Positions 50,501 through 63,242 of a stretch of DNA of 64,000 nucleotides are shown one piece after another; the first letter of the stretch is position 1; every line of letters starts with the position of its first letter. The translations under genes and the position numbers were made by a program. The stretch comes from Macrostomum hystrix (lineage: Eukaryota; Animalia; Platyhelminthes). The notes under the pieces were generated by a model. The model had not been told where the DNA came from. It saw only the letters and a list, made by a program, of their open reading frames with translations, and ran no database searches. The DNA is taken from positions 10,044,001 through 10,108,000 of the forward strand of contig CATNEN010000003.1 of assembly GCA_950097015.1 (NCBI GenBank), written 5' to 3'.

Positions 50501-53040
50501 TACGGATTCAAGTGTGAGATCTTTATACGGATTCAAGTGTGAGATCTTTATACGGATTCAAGTGTTAGATCTTTATACGGATTCAAGTGTGGGATCTTTA
50601 TACGGATTCAAGTGTGGGATCTTTATACGGATTCAAGTGTGGGATCTTTATACGGATTCAAGTGTGGGATCTTTATACGGATTCAAGTGTGGGATCTTTA
50701 TACGGATTCAAGTGTGGGATCTTTATACGGATTCAAGTGTGGGATCTTTATACGGGTTCAAGTGTGGGATCTTTATACGGGTTCAAGTGTGGGATCTTTA
50801 TACGGATTCAAGTGTGGGATCTTTATACGGGTTCAAGTGTGGGATCTTTATACGGATTCAAGTGTGGGATCTTTATACGGATTCAAGTGTGAGATCTTTA
50901 TACGGATTCAAGTGTGGGATCTTTATACGGATTCAAGTGTGGGATCTTTATACGGATTCAAGTGTGAGATCTTTATACGGATTCAAGTGTGGGATCTTTA
51001 TACGGATTCAAGTGTGGGATCTTTATACGGATTCAAGTGTGGGATCTTTATACGGATTCAAGTGTGGGATCTTTATACGGATTCAAGTGTGAGATCTTTA
51101 TACGGATTCAAGTGTGGGATCTTTATACGGATTCAAGTGTGAGATCTTTATACGGATTCAAGTGTGGGATCTTTATACGGATTCAAGTGTGGGATCTTTA
51201 TACGGATTCAAGTGTGAGATCTTTATACGGATTCAAGTGTGGGATCTTTATACGGATTCAAGTGTGGGATCTTTATACGGATTCAAGTGTGAGATCTTTA
51301 TACGGATTCAAGTGTGAGATCTTTATACGGATTCAAGTGTGAGATCTTTATGTAGTGAGCCGTAGCTTAGGTGGCTCCCTTTTCCCGGCACTGAGTGGCT
51401 GTTCGGCCCGCCCTCTCTGGCGCTGTCCGGTCTGCCCTCTTTGTCCTCCCTTTCCCACGGCAGCGCTTGCACTTAGAGTGTGTTGTCTCTCCCCCGGGGA
51501 TGAGTCATCACCTCTTTGTCTCGCGCTGGCCAGTCCCTTTCTTTGTGTGCGCGTTTGTCTGCACTCAGTCAGCGCATGATTCTCCTCATGTGACTGGCCT
51601 CTCTCTTTGTCTCCTAAAGTGCACGTAAACATGTTTACTGCACTTGGGGCTTTGATTATGGGACAGGAGCCTACGTAGGAGTGACGTTTCTGGCGCCACT
51701 GACGTCAGTTGCTATTTTTAGAAACCACGTGATTTCATCACGTGCTTTCTAACTTAGCACTGACCCTATGGGAGGCCCTTGCCTATAAAAGAAAGGCCCC
51801 GCTCCTCTGGTTCTCTATCCGTTGAGTATTCCCTTGTGCAGCCCTTGTTTAAACCTTCTCTTGATAACCGTCATACTTGTTCTCTGTGCCATCAGTGTCT
51901 AAGTTTCCTACTTCAGTCTCTGCATGTGACTGCTCGTAAGCTCTGTTCTGGCTAAGTCCCGAAACTAACTTAGCCTTCCACCCCACCATCCGAGCTACGC
52001 AGGACACTGACAGCCTGTAATTGCAACTGGAACTCTGCACTGTGTGCTTCTCGAGACTTTGTGACTTCGTTTCTTTCGGGCCAAGGATCCTTCACCTCAC
52101 CGAAGGCAGAAGTCCTGACGCCCTGGTGGCAGCGCTACAACTACACTACCTGATATTCTTGGACTTCATATTGGAGTCCGCCGGATCCTCATTGTTAGCA
52201 GGACGACCGGTACAACATTTATACGGGTTCAAGTGTTAGATCTTTATACGGATTCAAGTGTGAGATCTTTATACGGATTCAAGTGTGGGATCTTTATACG
52301 GATTCAAGTGTGGGATCTTTATACGGATTCAAGTGTGAGATCTTTATACGGATTCAAGTGTGGGATCTTTATACGGATTCAAGTGTGGGATCTTTATACG
52401 GATTCAAGTGTGGGATCTTTATACGGGTTCAAGTGTGGGATCTTTATACGGATTCAAGTGTGGGATCTTTATACGGATTCAAGTGTGGGATCTTTATACG
52501 GATTCAAGTGTGAGATCTTTATACGGATTCAAGTGTTAGATCTTTACACGGATTCAAGTGTGGGATCTTTATACGGATTCAAGTGTGGGATCTTTATACG
52601 GATTCAAGTGTGAGATCTTTATACGGATTCAAGTGTGGGATCTTTATACGGGTTCAAGTGTGGGATCTTTATACGGATTCAAGTGTGAGATCTTTATACG
52701 GATTCAAGTGTGAGATCTTTATACGGATTCAAGTGTGGGATCTTTATACGGATTCAAGTGTTAGATCTTTATACGGATTCAAGTGTGGGATCTTTATACG
52801 GATTCAAGTGTGGGATCTTTATACGGATTCAAGTGTGAGATCTTTATACGGATTCAAGTGTGGGATCTTTATACGGGTTCAAGTGTGGGATCTTTATACG
52901 GATTCAAGTGTGAGATCTTTATACGGATTCAAGTGTTAGATCTTTATACGGATTCAAGTGTGGGATCTTTATACGGATTCAAGTGTTAGATCTTTATACG
53001 GATTCAAGTGTGGGATCTTTTATACGGGTTCAAGTGTGAG
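44581..53040. repeat. 25-bp tandem satellite AAGTGTG(G/A)GATCTTTATACGGATTC, about 300 copies; degenerate units extend to about 42515 and 53300
   Basis: Near-perfect tandem units visible directly, interrupted by a solo LTR. Confidence 0.98.
51351..52217. mobile_element. Solo LTR (867 bp) inserted in the 25-bp satellite
   Basis: TGTAGT...ACAACA ends, a 4-bp TSD TTTA from the satellite unit, TATA-like TATAAAA at about 51784, and no internal coding region. Confidence 0.85.
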
Positions 53041-54214
53041 ACATTTCTATGGGATTCAGTGTGGGATATTTATATGAGATTAAGTGTGGGATCTTCAGAT
53101 GGGATGTGGGATATTTTAATGAGATTAAGTGTGGGATCTTTATATCGGTCCAAGATATAAGACATTTAGAAGAAAGCGTATTTATATATGAATAAGTATG
53201 GGGTATCTATGTGGGATCTTTGGATGGGATTGAATGTGGGATCTTAATGGTATTAAGTTTGGGGAAACCTGTATTTGTACTTAGTGTGGGATCATAACTG
53301 GACATTTAAAATCCTGTTTAAGATAAATGGGACGCTTACGAACTTTTAAAGACTTAGACTACGAAGCAATCTACTTAATGGTGCAAGAGAATAGAGAGAT
53401 AACAGAAATACCACAGTTCTGATGTAGAAGTTTGAGTATATGCTTTGACTCAAATGTTTCTTTAATATAGAAGTAAATAAATGAGAAAATGAATAAGTCG
53501 TTACGCTATACAAATACTTTTTTAGATGAAATACTCAGACAGCTAACTCGGAGTAAACGGGTGATTATGGTAGGTTGCATTTATTTCACGATATTAAGTT
53601 CCTTAGATAGAGTTTTTAGAAGTAAATATGTACCGAACAACACAACAACATTAAATAAAAATAAAATTGAGACAATAAAACCAACAAAACTGACACAGAT
53701 TGGTTAGCCTGTTATTTTCTAATTCCACATCATTAAATTTCAACTATGTATTCACTATCTACAAACCCGTTTTGGGTAGTCAATTCAAGGCAGATATTAG
53801 CCTGACAGACTACTCTACGAAAAAGCACAGTAGTATGGTACGACCAGATCAGCAAATAAACTAGTTAATCAGGAGAAATATTAAAAAGTTTACTTTGAGA
53901 ATAGAAGGAAATCAGTTTATTACAATATAAATAATGAGCAAGTGCCAATCATAGAAGACAGTATTGTACGAGATTCATTTATTTATAGAACAATTTGATG
54001 AGGTTTTAAGCATAATCAGTCATTTTATAGAGTTCTTTAATCAATAATAAATTGTGTTAAAGACACATTTTTAACACTAGTAGCGCATCTAATAGTCAAA
54101 TCTAATATAAAATGAAGAAAACGCAGAACTGGATGTAAAAGAGTAAAACAGGGCCAAACTCTAAGCTGCGGTGAGAGTAAACCGCCTGACTATGAGAAAT
54201 AAAAACCAATAGAA

Positions 54215-54545
54215 CCAGTGATCATCAATCATCGATTCTAATGGGATCAGTGATTATCGATCCTAATGGGAAGAGTGATTATCGATCCTAATGGGATCAG
54301 TTATTATCGATTCTAATGGGATCAGTGATTATCGATCCTAATGGGAAGAGTGAGTATCGATCCAAGGGGATAAAAAATTAGCGATCCCAATAGGATTAAA
54401 AATTTTCTTTTCCAATGGGATTAAACAAATCTATCCCAATGGGATTACTCATTATCGATTTTAATCGGATCAGTGTTTATCGATTCTAATGGGATAATAA
54501 TAAAAACCCTAATGGGAAAAACATTATTAATCCCAATGGGATCAG
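54215..54545. repeat. Degenerate 25-bp minisatellite TAATGGGATCAGTGATTATCGATCC
   Basis: Tandem units lie downstream of VTI1A. Confidence 0.8.
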
Positions 54546-54712
54546 AAATATTCAAAGGCTGATGTAACAATCATTTTCAGGGCTAAAATGTACACTTAAG
54601 AAAAAAACTTTTACGATAGCAGGTTTTATCACGCGTAAATTTTTTTATCTCTCGAAAAGCAAACTTTTAAAAACGCAATTTGAGTTCTTGTCGTTAAGAG
54701 CCAAATCAGCGA

Positions 54713-57700
54713 TCAGGAAACGGGCACTGGAACCTTAGGCAGGGTTGTGCGAGTAGGCACCGTAGGTGAATCAGCGGCATTCACATGCAGATTAGAGGGC
54801 TTTATGGCCACGTACAGTACCACACCGATGATGAGCAGCATGACGAACAGAATGAGCAATAGTAGGGCCCTGTTCTGTATAACCCGACGCATCATGCCGC
54901 CTAGGATGCGACTGCTGGAGCCTAAATCCTGATTAGTCGATCGCAGTTTATCCCTACTACGGGTCAGGGTCTCGCGTTGAGTAGCCAGATCGGCTAGGAT
55001 TTCACGGCCAACTCGTTCGGTTTCAATGACGCTCCCGATGCCTTCCTCCATGCGGCGACCGGTGCGCTCCAGGCGCTCGGTATTGTCCAGCAGGCGGGCA
55101 CGATACTCTGTGCTCACGTGCGGATCCTCGGAGCCTGCGGTTTCGGAGTCGATTAAAGTCAGTTGGACATTCGGAGCTCGTTTCTTAGAATGCTGTTTGT
55201 CATTTAGAGTCTTAAATTTGTGCATCAATTACATTCGTAGAAATTCCATTCAAAATCGTGATTCTTAGATTTTATAAATATTTCAGTTCTTAGAAACGCG
55301 ATTTACAATCTAGGCTCGTAAAATATTACTACGTTATTTCAGCTCTTAGAAATGCGCTATTTAAAACTAGATTCTCATAGATTCTTAGAAATTCGATTTA
55401 AAATCAAGATTCTAATGTACTACGTAATTTCTGCCTTTTTAAGTGCGGTTTTAAATAAAAAATCCTTAAAATTTACAGAAATTTAAACTTTTCTTAAAAT
55501 AATGAAACACGTTACTTTAGTTGCGAGAAATGCAATTATAAATTTAATTCTTAAAAATATACTACATCATTTGAGTTTTTTAATTGTGATTCTTAGAAGA
55601 TCTAGATTCTATGAAGCAGGCTATTCCGTTACTACGAGGCTGTCCCAAAAGTAGTGTTACTTTTGATAATATATTTTGTTCTGATGGTTCAAATACCGTG
55701 ATTTTGCACAGTCTTATAGCGGCAAGTCTCTTCTTTATATTTATTCAAATATTTTTTCTAACAGACTAAGGAAAGAGAAGTTATCAACGAAAAACTAACA
55801 GGACCTCAAACATAGACTTACAGTAAATCAACAAGCTATCGGAATGCTACGAAAGTGCTTTCGACTGAGGTCACTCTTTTAACCAAATTTTCTCAATTTC
55901 TCAATCCGCGACAAAGATATGTCTCTGGAAAAATCATAATGAAGTTATAATTTGAAAGTTGTCTCTGGAAAATATGGAATGAAATCTTCATCTCTCACTG
56001 GGACTTGGCTTCAGTACGAGAATTTTTTTTCTCATTTCTTTCTGTGCTAAAGATCATGGATGTGCATTCAAGTTTTTCCCAGAGGAGTGTGATTTACACC
56101 CTTTGGAAGACGGGGCACAGTGCAGCCGAGATTCATGGGCAACTTTCATCAGCTCATGGGTCTTGCGCGGTCAGTAAAATGACCATCTATCGTTGGATAG
56201 AACAGTTTCGAGCGGGAAGAACGGACCTTGCTGATCAGCTCAGGACAGGTCGCCCTCATGTTCGAGACTCTGACGTCCTGGCTGACACTATCCTGGATCT
56301 TCTTGATGAGGACGCACGAATGACGATCAGAGAGATTGCTGACAGGCTGAATAATCCGCGATCAACGGTTCATCGAAGTCTCTCCAGCATGGATTATGTG
56401 AAGCTGAGTGCTCGCTGGATTCCACGCCTTCTGACACCAGACCTGAAAGAGCAGCGGCAGCGAGTGTGCCAGGAGAATCTGGAGATCGTCAGGCAACATG
56501 GTGGATGGGAAACGTTTCGGCAAATCGTTGTTACTGGTGACGAGACGTGGGTGCCTCACTTCGATCCCCCCACCAAACAGGAGTCCAAGGTTTGGACAAT
56601 CAGGGGTTCAGACCCCCCTGTTAAGGCACGTCGAGAGCCTCACTGCAAAAAGGTGCTTCTGAATTTGTTCTTCGACAGAAATGGACCACTTACAATCGAA
56701 TTTCTTGAGCCAGGGAAGAGCATCAATGCCGAGTGCTATATTGCTTCCCTTGAAAAATTGAAGTTCGAAATCTGGAACAAGCGTCGGGTTGGAACCAAGC
56801 CCTTTCTTCTCCACCACGACAACGCCAGACCCCATACTGCACAGAAGACCTCCGAGGCTGTCAGCAGACTCAAGTTTCATATTTTGCCTCATCCACCGTA
56901 TTCGCCTGATCTGGCGCCAGCAGATTTCGCCTTATTTCCACTAATGAAGTCACATCTGCGAGGTAAAGTTCATGAGAACCGTGACAACCTCGAACAGGCA
57001 GTGCGGAATGTCCTGCTCCACAAAATTCCACGCGAGAGTTATGCCAACGCTATTGACGGTTTGTTCAGTCGGTGGCAAAAATGCCTTCAGCTCGGCGGTG
57101 ACTACGTTGAGAAGTCAAGCATTCCCACCGACGAGTGAAGAGGAGCGTTTCAATTGCTACGAGAAAACTTCATATTCGCAACCACTCAAATGTTGGTCAT
57201 TTTTGCTTGCTTGTTGATTTACTGTAAGTCTATGTTTGAGGTCCTGTTAGTTTTTCGTTGATAACTTCTCTTTCCTTAGTCTGTTAGAAAAAATATTTGA
57301 ATAAATATAAAGAAGAGACTTGCCGCTATAAGACTGTGCAAAATCACGGTATTTGAACCATCAGAACAAAATATATTATCAAAAGTAACACTACTTTTGG
57401 GACAGCCCTCGTCCCATTTTTATTATTTTAATTAAAAAAATAAGATTAAAATTTTAAATGGGTGTTGATTAATTTAGTTTCTGAAAAAAATAATTACGAT
57501 AAACATTTTATAATTTGGAAGCATTTTAAAAAGTTATATTCAAATTAAGAGTCTAAATAAGGGAATATAGATTGTGCGTGGGCTAAATTACCAGAAGTGG
57601 CGAATAGTTCGTCTCGCGTGCGTTGCCTCTGTGCCAAATCTCTGACCTGCCTAAAATCGGCCTCCAGTTTGCGCTGTTCAGCGGCGTAGCTCTGCAATCG

Positions 57701-58054
57701 AGTGCTGTACTTTTGTCTAACAGAAGGCGGCTGCGATCTGGTCTCCAATTCTAGCTGCTCTAAAGTTTCCCGAGCCTCAGCAAACAGACGCTCAGCTTGG
57801 CTCTCGGCTGATTGGCGTTCATCTGAAAGTTGATTTTTATAGATCAATTTAGACGAATTATTTAACGTCTATAAAACGCATTACTTGCCTACTTTTAGTA
57901 GAGCACTGTAGCTTTAAAATTTAAGTAGGCAAGAAAAAAGTTTAATACAATCAGACTTACCAGGATCATTTAGTCGAGAAATCTGATTTATTTTGCTAGT
58001 GATTTCAGCAATTGTTATGCCAAACTGCTGCTCGTAGGTCTCTAATAGAGACAT
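54713..58054 (-). CDS. VTI1A: Vesicle transport Qb-SNARE Vti1a, 248 aa
   Basis: Exons 58054-57961, 57822-57592 and 55134-54713 (GT-AG, phases 1/1, 747 nt). Motifs YEQQF..AEITSKI, LEQLELE, RARLLDNTERLER, LGSSSRILGGMMRRVIQNR and a C-terminal TM helix. Confidence 0.92.
55635..57411 (+). mobile_element. Full-length mariner (DD34D) transposon with ~200-bp TIRs, in VTI1A intron 2
   Basis: TIRs 55635-55836 and 57209-57411 are near-perfect reverse complements. TA on the left flank, TC on the right. Confidence 0.93.
56056..57138 (+). CDS. Mariner transposase, 360 aa, intact
   Basis: HTH N-terminus, WIPRLL linker, TGDETW, HHDNARPH and HPPYSPDLAPADF. I counted 34 residues between the second and third Asp. 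Confidence 0.95.
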   Translation: MDVHSSFSQRSVIYTLWKTGHSAAEIHGQLSSAHGSCAVSKMTIYRWIEQFRAGRTDLADQLRTGRPHVRDSDVLADTILDLLDEDARMTIREIADRLNNPRSTVHRSLSSMDYVKLSARWIPRLLTPDLKEQRQRVCQENLEIVRQHGGWETFRQIVVTGDETWVPHFDPPTKQESKVWTIRGSDPPVKARREPHCKKVLLNLFFDRNGPLTIEFLEPGKSINAECYIASLEKLKFEIWNKRRVGTKPFLLHHDNARPHTAQKTSEAVSRLKFHILPHPPYSPDLAPADFALFPLMKSHLRGKVHENRDNLEQAVRNVLLHKIPRESYANAIDGLFSRWQKCLQLGGDYVEKSSIPTDE

Positions 58055-60311
58055 GCTGATTGAAATTTGTTCAAAAAGATCTGAAAAAAAAAGAATTTAA
58101 TTTCATAGCTCTACTAAGTAATATAACTGAGGAAGCCACATGAAAAGAGGTACCATAAAAGCTGTACAGACTATTATGGTTACTATTATGGTTAATACTG
58201 TTTAAATTTTTATTATGTACAAGTTTCTAACTACCCATGGTGTCTTTAAAATATCACTACAAACAATAGTAAAAAGCTTGATCTCATAAATCTTAATTAA
58301 AGCAACTACTGCTTTCAAAACATTAAAATCAGCATTTAGTCACAAATGTTATATATATATCTCATTGCAGAACTAAAAAATAATTTTTTTAACTAAAGCA
58401 AAAACAGAAGCAATTAGGAAATCCTTTTAAATAAATAATTATTTTAGAAAAGCAAACAAGCTGGTGAGCATGAGAAGATTTAAACATGTATCTTAGTCGA
58501 CCACAAGCTTCGCAACCTTACATACCATACTAAACAAAGAAAGAATCTAAAAGATGACAGTAGTGAAAGTGGCTAAAGCATCTTTTGAATCAAATGATGA
58601 TTGGTTTGTGGCATTAAACATGCACACACAAAACACAAACCAAAGCCATTAAAGAATATAGGCAGTTATTGCAATCTAGAAATTATTTATACTGAATAAA
58701 TTGTTATAGTATAGTCACCACCATAGAAACTCCTCTAGGTGACTCTAAAAAAGAGCCATGGATATGCCATGCAAGATTTGCTATTTCAAATTTGTACTAG
58801 ACCATATACAATAATTGTGTTCTTTACAATGTATTTTAAACAATTTACCTTGGTTTGGGCCCTAAAAAGGCATTGCATAACTAGTGAACAGAAAAACACA
58901 AGATATAATGATGAGACAAACAAGAGATAAGACAGGGTACAGGTGTTGGAAAAGGTTAGGGCCTAGTGACTAAAGGTTAGTGTGTTTTGCACAACTTTAA
59001 AAATGTAACTAACATCCTGATTAATTAGACAAAATTCATCGGCAAAAAATATTGCTACAATTATTTTCTCGATTTGTAGAAAGCTTCAAAACTACATAAC
59101 TATATTTAAAACAGTTTGCATGTGATGTGACTGAAACTAGAAATAAAAAATAGTTCGTAAGTAGGCCTACATTATATTTTACTACACTAGCTTCGTGAGT
59201 GGGTGTGAAGGCAGAAGTGTGAAGCATAAGGGAAGCAGAGTTCTGCTATATTTTATAGAAAAAATTTATAGAGTTTAGAAACATGATTCTAAAATTGATA
59301 CATTCCTCATTTTTGGATTACGACGATTAACTTATTTCAGCTTATCTGACCAGTTTAAACACTCGTAACTTCTCACTATAACAAAATAAATATATTGGTT
59401 GTGTCAACGTGTCATTATTCCTAATTATGGTGAGTTTATTCAATTAAAAAAAATCATTTTTAAGGTATATAAGTTTTCTATTATTTTAATTAAAAAATAA
59501 AACAAACAGTTAAATTTTGTTCCTTTTTAGACCCAACCACGGCGATGAGGGTAGTAGTTATGAGGGTAGTAACGCACTTACATTTTAGGTAACCTCTAAC
59601 TCAAGGTACACTATTAAATTACAAGTATATAAAAATATGTAAAAAATTAACTGTTCAATCACGCCATGGCCTGTCCTAGACTTAGACCTCAAAATTAAAT
59701 AAATAGATTTATGTTTATTCCTACTGTCTGTTTATTCCTACTATCTTTGTTCTGATTTCTTTTCTTCTAAATTAACTAAAATCTTAAATGGCAAAAGCAA
59801 AATTTTATCTTGTGTTCAGTTAGAGTAGACATTTTGCTAATTCTGGCGCAGTGCATGCATGTAGGTAAGCTTGGTCAAAAACAAAAACTAGTTATTGTTA
59901 TTGACATTGCAGCCATCTGAGCCATGTCTAGTTCCAGAACCTGAACCAAGGCTTAAGGGTAATGGGGCCATGGGCTGGGCATGGCAGCTATGTTCCTGTG
60001 TCCTTGGCATAAGTTATAAGTAAGCTATATATTTTTTGAAGGACAAAAATGGTAGTTAGAGGCCTCTGTCTCTATTTCAAAATTTCAGCAATAGGGGCCT
60101 ATCTATCTATTTAGGCCTATTGGCAAATCGCTAGGCCCTAGGCCTATTCAAATTGCTATAAATATGGCAATATTGTAGTGCTTCTTCTATATTTCACTTT
60201 CCTAGTAATTCAACTTCTCCTCTTTAGTAATGCATAATGCAAATGGTTGACCTAACCCTAACTTCCTTACTTATTGTTTGTAGTCACTTAAAGTGACCTA
60301 TACAATCATTA

Positions 60312-60959
60312 GGGTAATGTATCATCAACCGAACAAGAATATGCATTTTTTTAACTTCAAACCTAAGCTAGGCCTACAGATTTTCTATTTAGGATATCAT
60401 GATAAATCAAAAGCCAAGTTATAGAAAACTGTTTTGTCTTTCTAAATAGTATCTGCTTTTGCTATTTTGTCAAATAGAAAAAAGTTATTCATGTTTTTTT
60501 ATCTAAAACCAAACAATGATTTTCATGTATCTTCAAACCAAACAGAGAATTTGATGTTCAGTTTCAAAATTTGAGTGAGTGGTTTAATCTTATTTTAAGG
60601 AGTGATCTATCATGAATTATGTCATTTGAAAGAATTTTTCATGCTCTATAAATAACTACATTTATGGTAATTTAATTGGAAAGCAAGCACATACAATCTT
60701 AGTCTAAAGTACATGCTGAAAAAATGCTGTCAAAAAGTATGCTTTTGTGATAAAAATTCAACTGAAACATCCATATCTTTCTTTCCTTTTAATGCTTCAT
60801 TGCATGTCATGCCTTAGCTTGTAAATAATTTCATTGACATTCAAAATAGTTGTTCTGTGAAATACAATAGCTTGTTTCTGTCTTGCACAAGACCAAGGAA
60901 GGAGTCAAAATTCTTGTTTGGTTTTGAAGATACACTGTTCGGTTGATGATACATTACCC
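60312..60959. mobile_element. Non-autonomous DNA transposon (MITE) with 24-bp TIRs
   Basis: GGGTAATGTATCATCAACCGAACA ... TGTTCGGTTGATGATACATTACCC, flanked by TA on both sides. Confidence 0.8.
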
Positions 60960-62703
60960 TATACATTTATACTGCACCCCCTTTTGGGTAGATTGATTCA
61001 AACTACTGATAGGGGCCTAGTTTGGGTAGCGTGGCTCTTAACATGATAGTTCTGGCCTTCTCCCAGTAATGTTCTAGATATTAGATCTAGGGAATTCTGG
61101 AGACACTGCTCTCAGATGTTTCAGACACTGTCTTTAGTTAGATAGTGCCTAATTCAGGCTCTTTGGCCAGTCTGTACTCGGGCTTTTTCCTGGATCTGTT
61201 TTAACAGGTTCCACTCACTTAGAAATAAGTAAGGCTTTTTGTTTTTAAGTATGCTCACAAAGAGACTGAACTGTTTAAGCTCCAATTTAATGGCAGACCT
61301 AACATTTAGCTTCCTATATGAAAACCCCTCTGTATTCACACCAAAATCCTATTGAATACTCCCAGTATACTTTACTAGAGTACAACAAAGATTATGTATA
61401 GATATTTGTAGCATATAAAAGAATATATAAAAAAGTTTTGGCCAAAGAGGGCCCTTTACAGCAATATATTGCTTCAAACAGATTCAATGTTTTTTCTCGT
61501 GCCATGGTATTACAGTACTAGGCAGTGCTTTTAAGTTTAGCTCTAAATGTAAAACACTAAAAGTATCCAATTTTTGATTGTTATATAGCAAAGTCTGATA
61601 TTGACTAAAAATCAGTCCCCACCCCAAAAGCTATATTTCAAAGCACTGACTAGTACTGAATTGCCTAGTAATAAAGTTGCACTAGTAACAAAGTGCATGG
61701 CACTCACTACAAATATAGATATGTAAATATATTGATATATAGATATGTATTTGTCCTTCTTCACTTATGCACAAAATGTTCCTATCCCATTAGTACATTC
61801 AAATTTTATTCAAATTTTCAAATCTTATTAATATAATTTGCCTAAATATATTCATTGTTAGCTTTCCCTTTAGGAAGAATATTAGCAGCTGTGTTTAAGT
61901 AGCAAGGTACTTCTATGCATTCCAAGTGGCAAGACCTGTTAAAACTGTAGATACAGCTAGAGTAGGTTAGATACTGTGCTTTTATTCAAAAGTGAGAGAT
62001 AATGAAAGTCACTATGATTTTAGGAATTTTTCTTTTCCTAAAAAAATAATAATAAACATGTTAATAAATTTCATTATGCCAATTAAGCATTTTTCCCATA
62101 ATGGACATCATTCAGTGCTAAGTTTATAAATTTATTTTTTACAATAGTAATTCAGGAGCCAGTTGTTAAAAATCAATAAATGTACATATGTTTGGGTGAA
62201 AAAGCATGGTACATATCAAAATGGGCAGGCCTGTTTTTTGAGCAAGATAGAACAGTTAAAGCTGACAGTTAGCAACCCCATGGTCAGCTGATTGTTAAGA
62301 CTAGGTTGTTGGGCTGTGCTGAATATAGCATCTAATAGGCTTAGTTTGTTGTTATTCCTACAGAATTGTCATTTTGTATTTCCTATATAGGAAAAGTTCT
62401 GGTCACCAGAAGAATTCAATTTGTAAGCAACACCTACAGTGAGAGTTCGGGGCACACTGAATTTAAGATTGCTCACAAAATTTGAACATTTAGATTTACT
62501 TCTAGTGTTTTGTGTTTAAAATGGTTTTAAATGAAGCCCTTTAAGTAATTTACTGTCACGCACATATTGTGGGTTAGGGTTTTCACCTGTTTACACCCCA
62601 TTTTGGAGGCTAAAAGTAGAAATGATTTTACAGAATTTTTAACAAAAGCACATTTATTTAGTCAGACTCAGACTTCTATGAAAACTTTCAATTCCTTAGT
62701 AAT

Positions 62704-62984
62704 CATACATGCGCAACACCCGGCCGACCCGGCCGAACCGGCTGGGTGAAACGAGGGCCAAGCAAGGTAAGTTGCAAAAACCAATCGACCAAGCGCAAAA
62801 AAATCAAAGGGTGGACCAAGGGACAAAAAAGGAAGGCGTGAAGAAAAGGAAAAAGGGGAGAGAAAAAGAGAGCAAATGAGAGCAAACTAAGTCGTAAATA
62901 GAGCAATGAAACAAACTAAGTCGCAAATGAGAGCAAAAACTAAGTCGCAAGGCCGGATAAGATTTGGGAGGTTGCGCATGTATG
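62704..62984. mobile_element. MITE with 14-bp TIRs and 8-bp TSD (hAT- or P-like)
   Basis: CATACATGCGCAAC ... GTTGCGCATGTATG with TSD TTAGTAAT (62696-62703, 62985-62992). Confidence 0.85.
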
Positions 62985-63242
62985 TTAGTAATATTATTAT
63001 TAATTAAGAAAATTTTGTTTATGACAACTCAAATTAATTGTGTAGTTATTTTACTAAGAATCACACAAAAGACTGCAGATTAAATATTCTTTGTGACACT
63101 TGACTAGTAATCAAGAGTAACACAGTATTGGTAATTGACTTTTTATGTGATTGTTACATTCCAGCGATCTTTCTCGTTTCTTTCAAAGCTCAGCAACTTA
63201 GTTTGATCAACTAGTTTGTCAATACTCAGATCACTTAAAGAG

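Noticed and set aside
44583-52989. Dozens of overlapping ORFs and a superficial CRISPR-like regularity
   Set aside because: This is a 25-bp head-to-tail satellite with no unique spacers and no cas genes, in a eukaryotic context.
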